Part shown: piece by piece, positions 1 to 21,112 of the stretch | How positions within the stretch are numbered: the first letter of the stretch is position 1 | How the letters are laid out: each line of letters starts with the position of its first letter | Assembly (NCBI RefSeq): GCF_964355755.1 | Contig: NC_092672.1 | Location: forward strand, 34,478,437 to 34,542,436 | Length of the DNA: 64,000 nucleotides | Reading direction: 5' to 3' | DNA from: Antedon mediterranea | Lineage: Eukaryota > Animalia > Echinodermata | The notes under the pieces: model-generated | The model's database searches: none | Seen by the model: only the letters and a program-made list of their open reading frames with translations | What the model was told of the DNA's origin: nothing | Program-made: the position numbers and the translations under genes

Positions 1-570
1 TCCAATCCCAAGGTCTGGGGTTCAATCCTGACCTATGTCAGGGTTGTAGCTATTTGAACTCCACTTCCTTAGCCTCAAATGAGACTTAGTTTATAAGCAC
101 GATAAATTATAAATTCTCTACTAATCATAAACATAATAATAAAATAGTATGAACAATATAGTGGAGCTCCGTAGTGGAGCTGTAGCTTGGTGGTTAACGT
201 GTTTGCCTTCCAATCCCAAGGTCTGGGGTTCAATCCTGACCTATGTCAGGGTTGTAGCTATTTGAACTCCACTTCCTTAGCCTCAAATGAGACTTAGTTT
301 ATAAGCACGATAAATTATAAATTCTCTACTAATTATAAACATAATAATGAAATATTCTGAACATTATAATGGAGCTGCAGCTTGGCGGTTAACATGCTTG
401 CCTTCCAATCCCAAGGTCCAGGGTTCAATCCTGACCTGTGCCAGGGTTGTAGCTATTTGAACTCCACTCCCTAAGCCTCAAATGAGACATAGTTTATAGG
501 CACGATAAATTACTAAATATTTTATCCATCCTGTAATTGGTGAGTTACTAGCTGTTGGATGCGTATGAAA
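1..570 (+). mobile_element. Tandem copies of a tRNA(Gly-like)-derived SINE
   Basis: Repeated head GGAGCTGTAGCTTGGTGGTTAAC (A box), GCCTTCCAA, GGTTCAATCC (B box), then a shared body. Other copies at about 2570-2735 (-), 15897-16100, 40668-41030 and 49337-49540. Confidence 0.8.
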
Positions 571-600
571 TATATAAATTTAAAAACAAAATAATATTAC

Positions 601-3600
601 CTCATTTATTAAGAACTCATCTTCTACAACATTATTAGGAATGTTTTTTAATTTTTGAATTGTTTCATAGAAGCCTTGACATTCTTCCATCTGCCGTTTA
701 CTAGATAACGTGTGTTTAATAATTACTAATGCAACTTTGAATAGCACCTTCACCCCTGTAACATAAATGGTATAATCCAAGTAGTACAGTATATACAATT
801 TAACAGTATATTCATAATTTTAAATCAACATAAAACTGCCAATATATTTACAGTTATTTTGACAGTAAAAGTTGTAAACTAAACTAAATTCTGCAGTACA
901 CTAAAATACTATCCTGCAGTAGTTCCTTCACCCCTCTAATATAAATGGTATAATCCAACTGAAATACAACAGCAATACCTCAATAAATATGGTATATACA
1001 GTAATACATTTACTCTATTTCTATACCTAGTAGAATTTGTAGAATAGAATATATCTTTTATATGTATTGTTGCTATACTGCCGTGGCTAGTAAGGTCAGT
1101 TCTTGACCTCAATGTAGACTAGGTATACTAACTCTTTATAGAAATCTTCCATTTGTGTTAAGCTCTGTCTACACTATCAAACTTTACCTGTATGTGACAA
1201 AAAGGTGTGATGTGTCCAAATATGGTAGTGATAAGACATCATCATGTACATATATAGACAGATCACATTTTTTTTGTCACATAAAGTTTGATAGTGTGGA
1301 CAGAGCTTTAAATGTTGGTAAACAAATCAAGACTGACCAAATAAATTACTGTTACGTTACCTTCACATAGAAATATGTCCCAAACTCTAAGAACGGACGC
1401 AAATGGAAAGGTACGCGAGTATATGCACATGAACCATTCAGTCATGTAGTGCACCGGTTCTACATTGTATTCAACCTAACAAAAAAAGCAGTTTATTTAT
1501 ATTCAATACATCGTCTTTTTGCTTTTATCAAATTTATCAAGATTGTGCGCTGATGAATTTATTCGTCTAAAAATATTACTTTCGAGTCTTAGTATGAAAT
1601 TGGGCAAATATTAGGGTTATCAAGGATGACAGAAAATGTAAAATTCACCATATGATGGTAGATGGGTGTTAGGTGGCGCTTCATCAGACCAAGAAGTACG
1701 TCGCCATCTATCTGCATAGCCTCCAATCCAGGACTAAAATAACCAACGAGATATTTTTCACATATTTGAACAAGGCACCAGAATGCTTCCTGAAAATACA
1801 ATACAAAAACATTTTTAATTCCTAGACACAATGTGCTGTACATACTCTATGATATCATTGAAGTACTACTGTATATAGTGATGATGTCATTAAGTTACTA
1901 GTGATGTCATTGAGATACTTATTATGATGTCATTAAGGTATCAGTGATGATGGCATTAGTGGTTTCTCACAGGTGTGCTGACAAAACACTGTACTGTTAT
2001 AGATGCCTACATAACATATATTTTTAACAAATTACTATTAATATTTATTAAATTTGGTGTTATTTAAAGTGGATTTATAAATGTATTTATTTATCAGAGT
2101 TACATAAAGATGTTTACTAAAAACTTAATACAATCCTTCCTACCTATGTTGGCATCTGCACAACAAGCACATTAGCAATTAAGTGTATTAGACAATTACT
2201 ATGTTCTGTAGGCTTTTTGGCTGTTCAATACGACTATCACATTATCTCTAGCCATCTATTTATTATATCGAATTACAATTAGAAAAGCACATACCTCAGC
2301 AGGCATCTGCATAACTAAAACAGCAGCAATAGGGGCCTGGGCCTGGCAGTAACCGTCTCTAGGATTGTAAATACTGTAGGCCTTCAGTATACGGAATAAA
2401 TCCTGCTGACCTCCTCCTCCTTTCGCAAACATCTCATGGAATGGAAACTGTCGATCAAGATCCTTTTCAATCTGGTCTACCCATTTTGGGTCGCCCTTCT
2501 GTGCGTCGAGTTCCTGGTTTTAAACAAGTGTTTATTTTATTTTTACACTATTTTATAATTTATCCTACTTATAAACTAAGTTTGATTTGAGGCTTGGGAG
2601 TGGAGTAGAAAGAGTTGTTGAGTTACAAAACTGGCACTAGGTCAGGATTGAACCCTGGACCTTGGCATTGGAAGACAAGCATGTTAACTACCAAGAATAA
2701 AACTCCATCACTTAACTACCAAGCTACAGCTCTGCTACATTTGTACCATTATAAAAGAACTTGTGATATTATTCTATCTTTCTATCGTATAGATTTGCAA
2801 CTTAGGGTTAGAAAGTTTGGTTAACTTACGGCAAAGACGAGTTTATTTTTCTCCATGATGTTTTTACTTCCCGAGAGATGCTGCCAAGCCCGGGCACGTA
2901 ACGCCGAAGGTATTCCTTTACGACAACGTTCCTTGATCTTTATATAAAAAAAAAACAGTCATAAAAAAAGTACAATTATAGAAATATTGATTATGAATAT
3001 TTGAATACAGTACTGTAACTCTATATAGAAAGAGAAACACAACATATGGATATGTATTAATTAATAAAACCTTGTAGCTCTAACTAAACCGAATAACAGA
3101 CAATACAACAGAAACTACTACTAATGAATGAATTGTGTTATAAGTGGATTTAAATATTCATTTGATGGTTTCACTCTCTTACTACAGTAATACAGTCACT
3201 AATCACTTCAGACTTGACACTTAAGTACTGTAAAACAACTTCAGTATACAATATTTGTCATCAAATAGTCATTTAACATAATAATAATATCGAATATTTG
3301 TCTCACTCAAAACAACTCTACAATAATTATTAACTAAAATGTTTTTATCGTTAATATTATGAGAGAGCAATCGACAAAGTAAAAATTGTCATTCTAAAAT
3401 TCTTTCCTAGCATTATAATGTACTGTACAGACTTAAATTTTAATATTTTATCTATGATTTATAGATTCTATAAGTAATTGTACATAATTACAATATTTTA
3501 TTACTATGCAATATTTAATACTAACTGTACTACAGTAAATGGTTATTTTATTGACACAGATTGACGATCGACACAGTAAACAATTGTGTCTCAGTTACAG

Positions 3601-6600
3601 GAAAATTGACAAAATCAGCACTGTGGTCATGTTACAAGAGTCTAAATAATATAGATTATTTGATAAAAATACAATTTTAAAGATTTTATCTATGATGATA
3701 AAGATTCTATAATTAATGGTACATTATCACAGTAGTGTATACTATTGCTATTAATAAATATTACCTGTACTCTACAGTATATCAGTTTATGATAGTAAAG
3801 TAGGTCAGATATATATCAATATTAAGAAGATAACAATAAAATTTATCATTAATACAGATACTGGTATGAGATACAGTACAAGTACAAATAAAGAACGTTA
3901 TCAGATGTTAAAACATGACCTAGTTATCCTAAATAGTTGACATATTAATTACGATTATTATTATTATTAAGCTTAACCAAAACTTAAAATCTAAGAATTC
4001 TTTCACAATCACAAATTAATTACTCATTTCACAGGTACAGTACCAGCGAGAATTACTGCCCAATTCGGACGCGGCAGACGCGGCATGAATACGTCCATGA
4101 CGCGTCCACTTCGCGTCCATTATATCGACGCGTCTGACGTGATTTGACCTTAGACCAACGTCCTTTGTGTTTGAGCTAACCGGGAGCTAACCACGCCGGT
4201 GTTAAAGTAAACAAAAGCTCCGCATTGTTACTGTACTACAGTTATATTCTGTACGATGTTTTCTCAACCCGTGAAAACCTGTATTAAACGAAATGTATTT
4301 TATACTACACTACAGTAGTTAATAACATGCAAAAAAAAACCTCTAAAAAACGAATTAATGAATAAGTGCGTATAGATACCAGTTCATTAGTACTACAGCT
4401 TACTATATGGGCAAGAAAGACTGATTTTTTGTGAGTAAAATTATTATCGGATGTCAAAAAACTTCTTTGGCACGCTGCCTAAAAAGAAACCGCTGAACGA
4501 GACTTGCGGGAAATGCAGTGCTGAAACCACGTGTGCCTGCCATGCAGTAAAACCACGTGATAGCATATTTACCAAACTCGAACGTTCGGCGACTAGACCC
4601 GAGTGTGTGAAAATATGTTGCTTTCGCTGTCCGAGCGAAGCAATGAATTGTGAGTATCGAATGTCAAAAAACTTCTTTGGCACGCCGCCTAAAAAGAAAC
4701 CGCCGAACGGGACTTGCGGGAAATGTAGTGCTGAAACCACGTGTGCCTGCCATGCATGCAGTAAAACCACGTGATAGCATATTTACCTAACTCGACCGTT
4801 CGGCGACCCGAGTGTGTGAAAAATAGTTTGCTTTCGCTGTCCGAGCGAAGCAATGAATTTTATATACTAATTAAAAAATCGACACATTGTAATGGACAAA
4901 AATGGTGCAGTACATGTATTTTTGTAACACTATAAATATCCTCAACCTATTTTTATTCATTATATTAAATTCTAGCACCCGCCCTTGGCTTTTTTGTTTT
5001 AAATCGCTTTTGTACCAAGCCTTAATGCCTTTGTGTTGTTCCGTGTCCTATTGTCTTTTTCTATTCAGTGTATCAAATTTTAACACCCGCCCTTGTTTTT
5101 TTGTACCAATTTTGAGGTCTAAGGATAGAGATATTATAGTGACAATTTTGGGGTCCCAAAATTGGTACAAAATAACATTAACTAAAAAAATATTATTACA
5201 GTCATTATTACAATTATACAAACACTGTAATCTTAACATGATCAGAGAGGAACATCATTATAGCGTAAAAAAAATATTTCTTAATATTTATAAGCAAAGC
5301 GTACACAGAATGCCTAGTGTTGTACTGTACGTCATCAACAGGGTCATCAACCCGCTTTTCAGCAGCGGTAGAACATGGTTGCAATATTGCTGGGATCCAA
5401 TGGAGTAGAAAAATATCACGTGCTCTTTGTTGCGCGCTATGACGACCATGGAGATATAAATTGACAGTGTACAGTACATACTGTAGGCTACATGATTTTG
5501 TTGAGCCTTCTTCCACAGTTTTAACTCATCATATGACATTTAAATATAACTTATTTCTCTATGATCATATCAATAATTCAACATGAAATAGAGGCCTCGT
5601 TATTAAAAAAATATTCTTCCATAAAATGATTCATATGAATAAAATATACTGTATCATGACGATGATTATTGATCGAGTACGCTAGGCCGATCTCAGGCGG
5701 TGGTGTACGTGCTAGACAGTGAACCGGCCGGCTAGATCCCACGGCGGGCTAACGATGGATATAGACACAGTTTCGCACGAAACTGGCTTTTTGGACGAAT
5801 TATTCGGCAGATAAAAATAAACACAACACACACAAGTCGTAGGCTAACTTTATTTATTTTTTAATCATATTGTTTGTGAATGTGAAAGTATTTTATAAAC
5901 AAACACCAATACAGCCGACCCTGCTCAACAGTCAGGCTTAGTTTTCCGATGTCATTTGAATATGAATACGGTCGCGGACAATAACAAAAACAGACTCAGG
6001 TAGCGAGGTCACGGCCCGCCCGACGAAAGTGCGTCCAAATCATTGGTTTAGTTTATGAATGGACGCGTCGTGGACGCAAATTGGACGGACACTCGACGCG
6101 TCCAAAAAGGGGCAGTAATTCTCGCTGGTACTGTAATAAGTAATAAATATGCTATTTTATGTCTTTAGACACATGTGGCCAAGGATTACCAATATTAAAT
6201 TAATAACTGTCCTATCAGATAGGTGGTAATCCCTCTGATACAGGGGCTATTTTGTGAACCAGTTCACCAGGGTAACCCCGTACTCGTCTCGAATGATGAA
6301 CTGTGTTCTTTAAAAGTGCACACGGGTTATAACTGTGTACACTGGACCTATAATTTGTGATCCTTATCCGAGAAGACTTGTTCCACCACCAGAACTAGGA
6401 GTGAACCCACGTTGATATTGTACTGGTTCTTTAGGTACGGTAAACGGCGCCTCTGCTTTAACAGCTCGGCTTTTGAACTCGAATAAAGGCCAACTGATTC
6501 ATGTTTAGATTAATTAAATAAATAATTCATACGGAATCATCGTTATTGGATATCTACAGTATATCAGTAAATCTTAATAAGTCAGACAAACCTTTTTTTG

Positions 6601-9600
6601 TTTTTTACTCATCCATTTTGGCCAATCAAGAAGCATATCCAACCATTTCAGTTCACGTTTACGAAGGACACTTATGGGCACATTATGATCTCTGCAAAAC
6701 AAAAAAAACTTTTGTCAAAAACTAAAGTCTAAAAAAAAAAAGTATCGCAAAGATACTTTTTAACTTTAACACAATTACAGATTACAATACAATTTACTGT
6801 TGAATGTGACATATTCAATTACAATTCACGTTTGCAGTGGGTCTATTGTTTCACTGAAAATAACAGAAATACTGTACAGGTATACATTTGATTAACTGTA
6901 GCTTGGCTTGACAAAGGATGAAGGTACTGTAGTTTCATAAGTTACAAAAAATTTCTAAAATAAAAGCGTAAAAATTGTACAGTATTAACAATACTGTAGG
7001 GTGAGCCAGTAAAAAAAAAAAACAATTGTTACTATACACAGTAACCCTATTAAGAGAATTGCTTGGAAGGAAATTCATATTACGTATATTCATCTCCAGA
7101 TGAGCTTTGTTGTGACTCATTTAAACAAAGGATATCCCATCAATTTTAAGGGTACAGTCTCAATGAATAAATGCAATATTGAATATTATACCTTTTAAAG
7201 TAAATACAAAATTAGAAACTTAGTGATCATGAAAATGGTTAATTATTTATAATAAGACAGAATTTTCTGATTGATTCAGATAGATGCCTACCGTAACTGT
7301 AACTGGTGGTGAACAGTAATCACTAAACCAAAATGAAAGCACTCAGAAACTAAGTGAAGTACTTGACGAAATATTTCTAGAGATCGCATGTTGATATTAC
7401 GGCGCATGTACAATACAATACAAATTTTTCTTTTTTTTTTGGGAAGTTATTAATGAACTGATTTTCTTGATTTTCAACAGGCAACTTCTGTAAGTATATA
7501 CCTAGTATTTACACCAACAAATTCAGAATGGATTCAAAATTGTAGATGCTACCATGCCAACAACCAAACAAATCAATATACTTGGCAAAAAATTATAATT
7601 TGCCAAGAATTAATTGGCAATTTTTTAAAATACAAATGATCTACAATACTAGTATAGTATAGTATACATACAGTCTGAATCTATGAATATTAAATGGTAA
7701 TAATATGCAAGCATGATTAGAAGTTATGTGCAAATATGATAAGTGCCAATTCCAAACATGGCTATCAATACGACAGTCAGTTAAAGTAGTAATGTTTTGG
7801 TATAAACAGGAACTAAGTTTAAGGGCCATTGTTCACCATAAGTACATCATATCACTTCCAAATATTTCTATTCTGTAGCACTTATCAAATAAGATAAATG
7901 TAGCATATTTTATTTGTATTATTTCTTAAATGTATTATGATAAATTGAATTTTTAAAATATTTACTGTATCATCAGGTATTTTGGATTATGATTGAGGCT
8001 TGTGGCTAGGTTTGTAATGTGGTCTATTAGTATTATATAAACATTGTGTTGATTATACACAAGTATCCTGTAAGATTGTCAGAAATTAATAAATGTGGTT
8101 TTTTTACCACAGAAGAGACAAAACAACAATTCAACTATCCTATAGTACATTGCCTCTTTGTTGAGCCTGTAATAGGGTGGTACTGTATCAGGTTCTGACA
8201 AATAAATAAAGATTTATTGAATTGGATAGAAATAATAGCATAGTAGGACCAAGAAATAAATGTTATTTTGCCTTGAAGAAAATCAATAAAACATCAATAA
8301 AATATTATTAATTATTAATATAGTATATTAATTCAGGATTAAATTTTCTTTTTGTTGATCTAATGCAGTATTTAAAATACATTTTAAAAATAAGTACTTT
8401 ACTACAAAGAGTATATACAAAGAGTACTTTACTACATAATACGTATTGCAATGCTCTGTTAAATTTCAAGTCTGAAGCACTGTCTACACTATTAAACTAG
8501 CTTGACAAAAAAGTGTGATGTGACCAAATATGGTAGTGATATCATGTTCATATATGGGCACTTTGACATTTTTTTGTCACATAAAGTTTGATAGTGTAGA
8601 CAGAGTTTAAGACTTAATTTATATTTATTACTTAAAAAATTACTTCTAAATTATTAATTACTGTAGGATCCAAATAAAATTATTTCAAGAATGTATTAAG
8701 TAGTTAAAAAAGAATAAGTCTGTACCTATTTTGTTCAAACTGCTTTCCTCCAGTAAATCCAAATCTATCTACTTTAGTAGGTGGTGGTTCAGCTACTCCA
8801 TTAACTTGGTTAGTGGCACCACCTCGTTGGTTTGGTTTTCCTTCGTAATTTCCATCAAAACTTGTGGCACCTTGAGATATCTGTCTCTGGAAGCTTGTAG
8901 CTCCATTTGCACTGACCTCTTTGACGCTACCATCGTTGTCTTTCTGTGGATCCTCCTGAGGGCTTGTGGCACCATGGGATATCTGCCTTTGGAAGCTTGT
9001 AGCTCCATTAGCACTGACCTCTTTGACGCTACCCTCGTTGTATTTCTGTGGATCCTCCTGAAGGCTTGTGGCACCATGAGATATCTCCCTCTTGAATGTT
9101 TCTCTGTTATTGGTATCTTTCAGGTCATCAGGGATATCTTTTTGTGTAACATCTTGAAGACTCGAAGCGCCATGCGATATTTCTTTAGCTTCATTATCAT
9201 AGATCTCTTTCAGGCCATCGGGGATGTCATTCGTTGTAACACCCTCTTGGCAGGTGTGATGATTACTTGAAGTGCCTTCAGTAGTAGCTTGCATGTCTTT
9301 TACGCCAACCATGCTCTCCTGAATGTCATTACTTGGAATGCTTGTCTGTATATTATTTGTGTCATCAATAGTTTTTTCTGGTTCTTTGTTTAAGTCACTA
9401 GTATCATAGCCTGTGACTATATTAGTTATGGCAGGTTCTATGCCTACATTATCACTGTCAGGGTTCTCTTTCAGTAATGTGGTAACATCTTGTTCTGTCT
9501 CCGCTGGATTTTTCAATTGATCAGATGTACCCTCCGGTAGGGCAGTGACATCTTCAGGTTTCTCCCGAGATTGTTGTGTTGCAATGTTGTCAGATGCATC

Positions 9601-9942
9601 CTCATGTAGGTCAGTGACCTGAGGGTGGTCTTGTTGTGTATCTATTTTGATATTGGGAATGACATCATCTGAGATTGCTTTATTGTTGCAGTCATATTCT
9701 TGTGAGGCAGAGACCACACCAACATTGTTCTCTTTTACAATTGTTTCATTAAAGTCATCGTTCTGTAGGCCTGAGGTTTCAAAATATTTGTCATTGGGAT
9801 TGCCGTTTTGTAGGCCTGGGATATCATGCTTCTCCTGGTCTTCTATTCTACTAATACTATTGCGTTCTTGTTGTAATCTTGTAGCACCACCTTCAATATT
9901 CTCTTCTGGTATATCACAATCTTCACATGGATTACTAGTCAT
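601..9942 (-). CDS. TBC1D10: TBC1 domain family member 10-like Rab GTPase-activating protein (3' end continues beyond the left edge)
   Basis: Exons with GT-AG boundaries and consistent phase: 9942-8726, 6691-6592, 2937-2830, 2513-2295, 1789-1649, 1475-1361, 755-601. The translation includes [49 protein letters not shown] (R-finger), [13 protein letters not shown] (Q-finger), YMTEWFMC and [11 protein letters not shown], all typical of TBC1D10/EPI64. Confidence 0.93.
1161..1307. mobile_element. PIF/Harbinger (Tourist-like) MITE, the most abundant family in the window
   Basis: TIR AGCTCTGTCTACACTATCAAAC with a 3-bp TTA TSD. Other copies or fragments lie near 8476, 11069, 12095, 12924, 13800, 31702, 35520, 38312, 39320, 39500, 42120, 42735, 43366, 43789, 46005, 54703, 60349 and 60580. 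Confidence 0.85.
4038..6133. mobile_element. Non-autonomous TIR DNA transposon, Tc1/mariner-pogo-like
   Basis: Perfect 24-bp TIR CAGTACCAGCGAGAATTACTGCCC at both ends, TA flanks, subterminal GACGCG motifs and no intact transposase ORF. Confidence 0.85.
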
Positions 9943-10519
9943 CTTTGTCTCTCTTTATTAGTGTTTAGTTGCATGACTTTTTAGCACCTCTATAAAAAAA
10001 GATTTGATTAAATAATTAGTATAGGCCAGAGAGGCCTACTAAAATACCTTCTTTTACTAAAATTATTTCACTTTTCTGTATTTTAACATGAAAAATATTT
10101 TTTGGCAAAACAGTGTTTTTGATTGGAAAGATTAGTATCAGACATTATTGGAGAGATACTAGAGTCTAGGCCTAGCACTAGCTAAGCCTAGCGCATAGAC
10201 ATAGTTCAGTAAGGGTAAGGCAGTCACTAACTAGCCTACTAACTACTTGGCCTAGCTAGGCTCTAACCAATCTAGCCTACCTTCACGGCGCTAGTTCCGT
10301 TTCGCACCTGTCATTTATTATAATAGGCCTCATTATTTAGCCTCGCCTGGTAAGCGGCCTCTAGCACAATCTCTAGCACTCACCGCAATAGCACAGCCAG
10401 CAGCTGCAGAGGCTAGCCTAGGAGGGCCTAGGCTTCTAGACTTTTATTCTAGTAAAAAAAAATAGTAAAACTAGTTTCCAAATACATTACCATATATAAT
10501 TCAAGCTTTTGCAAATCTT

Positions 10520-10720
10520 TACATAAAAATTGTTTAGTTTTCAGCACGATTAATTCAGTAGAAAAAAACAATGTTGTTGATGTACGTTCATCATCGACGA
10601 AATGAACCACACGGGAATTCACGAAAACGAATGTCAACGACCGGACCACCGGAAGGCGGAAGATGGTTGCCGCAAAATTCATAAAATTGTGACTCAATAA
10701 AATGACGTAAAACGCAAATA
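10520..10720 (-). promoter_or_regulatory. Probable promoter/first-exon region of TBC1D10
   Basis: CpG-enriched patch with tandem CGGAAG ETS-like motifs near 10650-10662, upstream of the acceptor at 9990-9991 that precedes the ATG exon. Confidence 0.45.
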
Positions 10721-10885
10721 AATTATGGATGTGGTCTTTAATACAAGAAGTACAATTGTATTTTCCCCTTTGTACTGTTTTACTTTTATTAGTACATTCT
10801 AACAATGCACACTGGACTTAAGTCTGGAAAACTTAAAAGATAAATCAAGAAACAATGATTCAATCTGTTTTCATATATTTTATAA

Positions 10886-10904
10886 TTTATTAAATATATT
10901 TATT
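10886..10904 (-). terminator. Putative polyadenylation signals of TXNRD2
   Basis: Two AATAAA hexamers on the minus strand, about 80-95 nt downstream of the SECIS. Confidence 0.5.
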
Positions 10905-10980
10905 ACAATAATGTTTTGTTTCCAATGCAATTTCAATACATTTTAAAATACATTACTGAAATCATTTGTTTCAATTAATT

Positions 10981-11046
10981 GTGTTGTCGCAATCAAACTT
11001 TCTCCACCAACCAGGTTTCTGAGAAAGTCATCATCTGATGCAACAC
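10981..11046 (-). ncRNA. SECIS element in the TXNRD2 3'UTR
   Basis: Minus strand reads GTGTTG-catcag-ATGAT-GACTTTCTC-AGAAACCTGGTTGGTG-GAGAAAGTT-TGAT-tgcga-CAACAC. This gives helix I GTGTTG/CAACAC, the ATGA...GA non-Watson-Crick core, helix II GACTTTCTC/GAGAAAGTT and an apical AAA. It lies about 330 nt downstream of the in-frame TGA at 11379-11381. Confidence 0.93.
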
Positions 11047-11068
11047 AGAACAAAACAAAGACGCCAAA

Positions 11069-11206
11069 AGCTTTGTCTACACTATCAAACTAGTTTGACA
11101 AAAAATGTGATGTGCTCAAATATGGTAGTGATATGACATCATCATGTCCATATATGGGCACATCAAATTTTTTTGTCACATAAAGTTTGATAGTGTAGAC
11201 AGAGCT
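11069..11206. mobile_element. PIF/Harbinger MITE inside the TXNRD2 3'UTR
   Basis: AGCTTTGTCTACACTATCAAAC ... GTTTGATAGTGTAGACAGAGCT, lying between the stop codon and the SECIS. Confidence 0.85.
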
Positions 11207-11372
11207 TAAGTCTATCCCATAATCCTGCCAACACATAGGGCCTATTACTTGATCCTCTAAGTAGAAGAACCTATTGTGAAAACAATTGTGGCGTAGTGGT
11301 TATTTTACCGAAGCAAAAGGCAGTGTATATATATTTGTTACTAAAAGTGTTTGCAGGTATTATGGGATTGAT

Positions 11373-20642
<9,270 letters not shown>

Positions 20643-21112
20643 GCTGCAGCTTGTATTTTTAAAGTAACTTGTTATTCTTGATTATTCGGTCTCGTGTTTT
20701 GAAAAGTCTCGAGAGTTGAAAGACAAATGGTGGCGCTATACAGTTTTATGGCTTCATCACAAAAAAGTTATACAGTATTCAGTACTTTCATAGACAATTG
20801 TTTCCAACATTTATTTAGTATTTTCATTTCATTTCATTTCTTTATTCGACAACAAGCGGTCCAGGGATTGCGACAGCAACAGAGCGCCATAACACATTTG
20901 TGTCCGCAATCCCTGTAACATACAACTTAATACAAGTTAAAAATGAATATAAAATATACAGAATATATAAAAAATTGAATTAATTTGTATTACTGTGGTA
21001 CACAATTTAAAATACACCTATACAATTAAATTAATTATTCTTTCTACAAATTGTACATAAAACCTGATAAGATGTTTATCCAATATACATAGTTCCTTAA
21101 TATTCATAAACA

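Noticed and set aside
176-245. Possible tRNA-Gly(TCC) genes
   Set aside because: The acceptor stem does not pair, and every copy continues into the same non-tRNA body, so these are SINE heads.
4902-5539. Overlapping 63-168 aa ORFs inside the 4038-6133 element as a candidate transposase
   Set aside because: No DDE/D or HTH motifs are visible, and the composition is typical of random AT-rich ORFs.
8731-9961. Plus-strand ORFs (179 aa and 104 aa) and an alternative-frame ORF over TBC1D10 exon 1
   Set aside because: These are antisense or frame shadows of a repetitive coding exon and show no recognisable domain.
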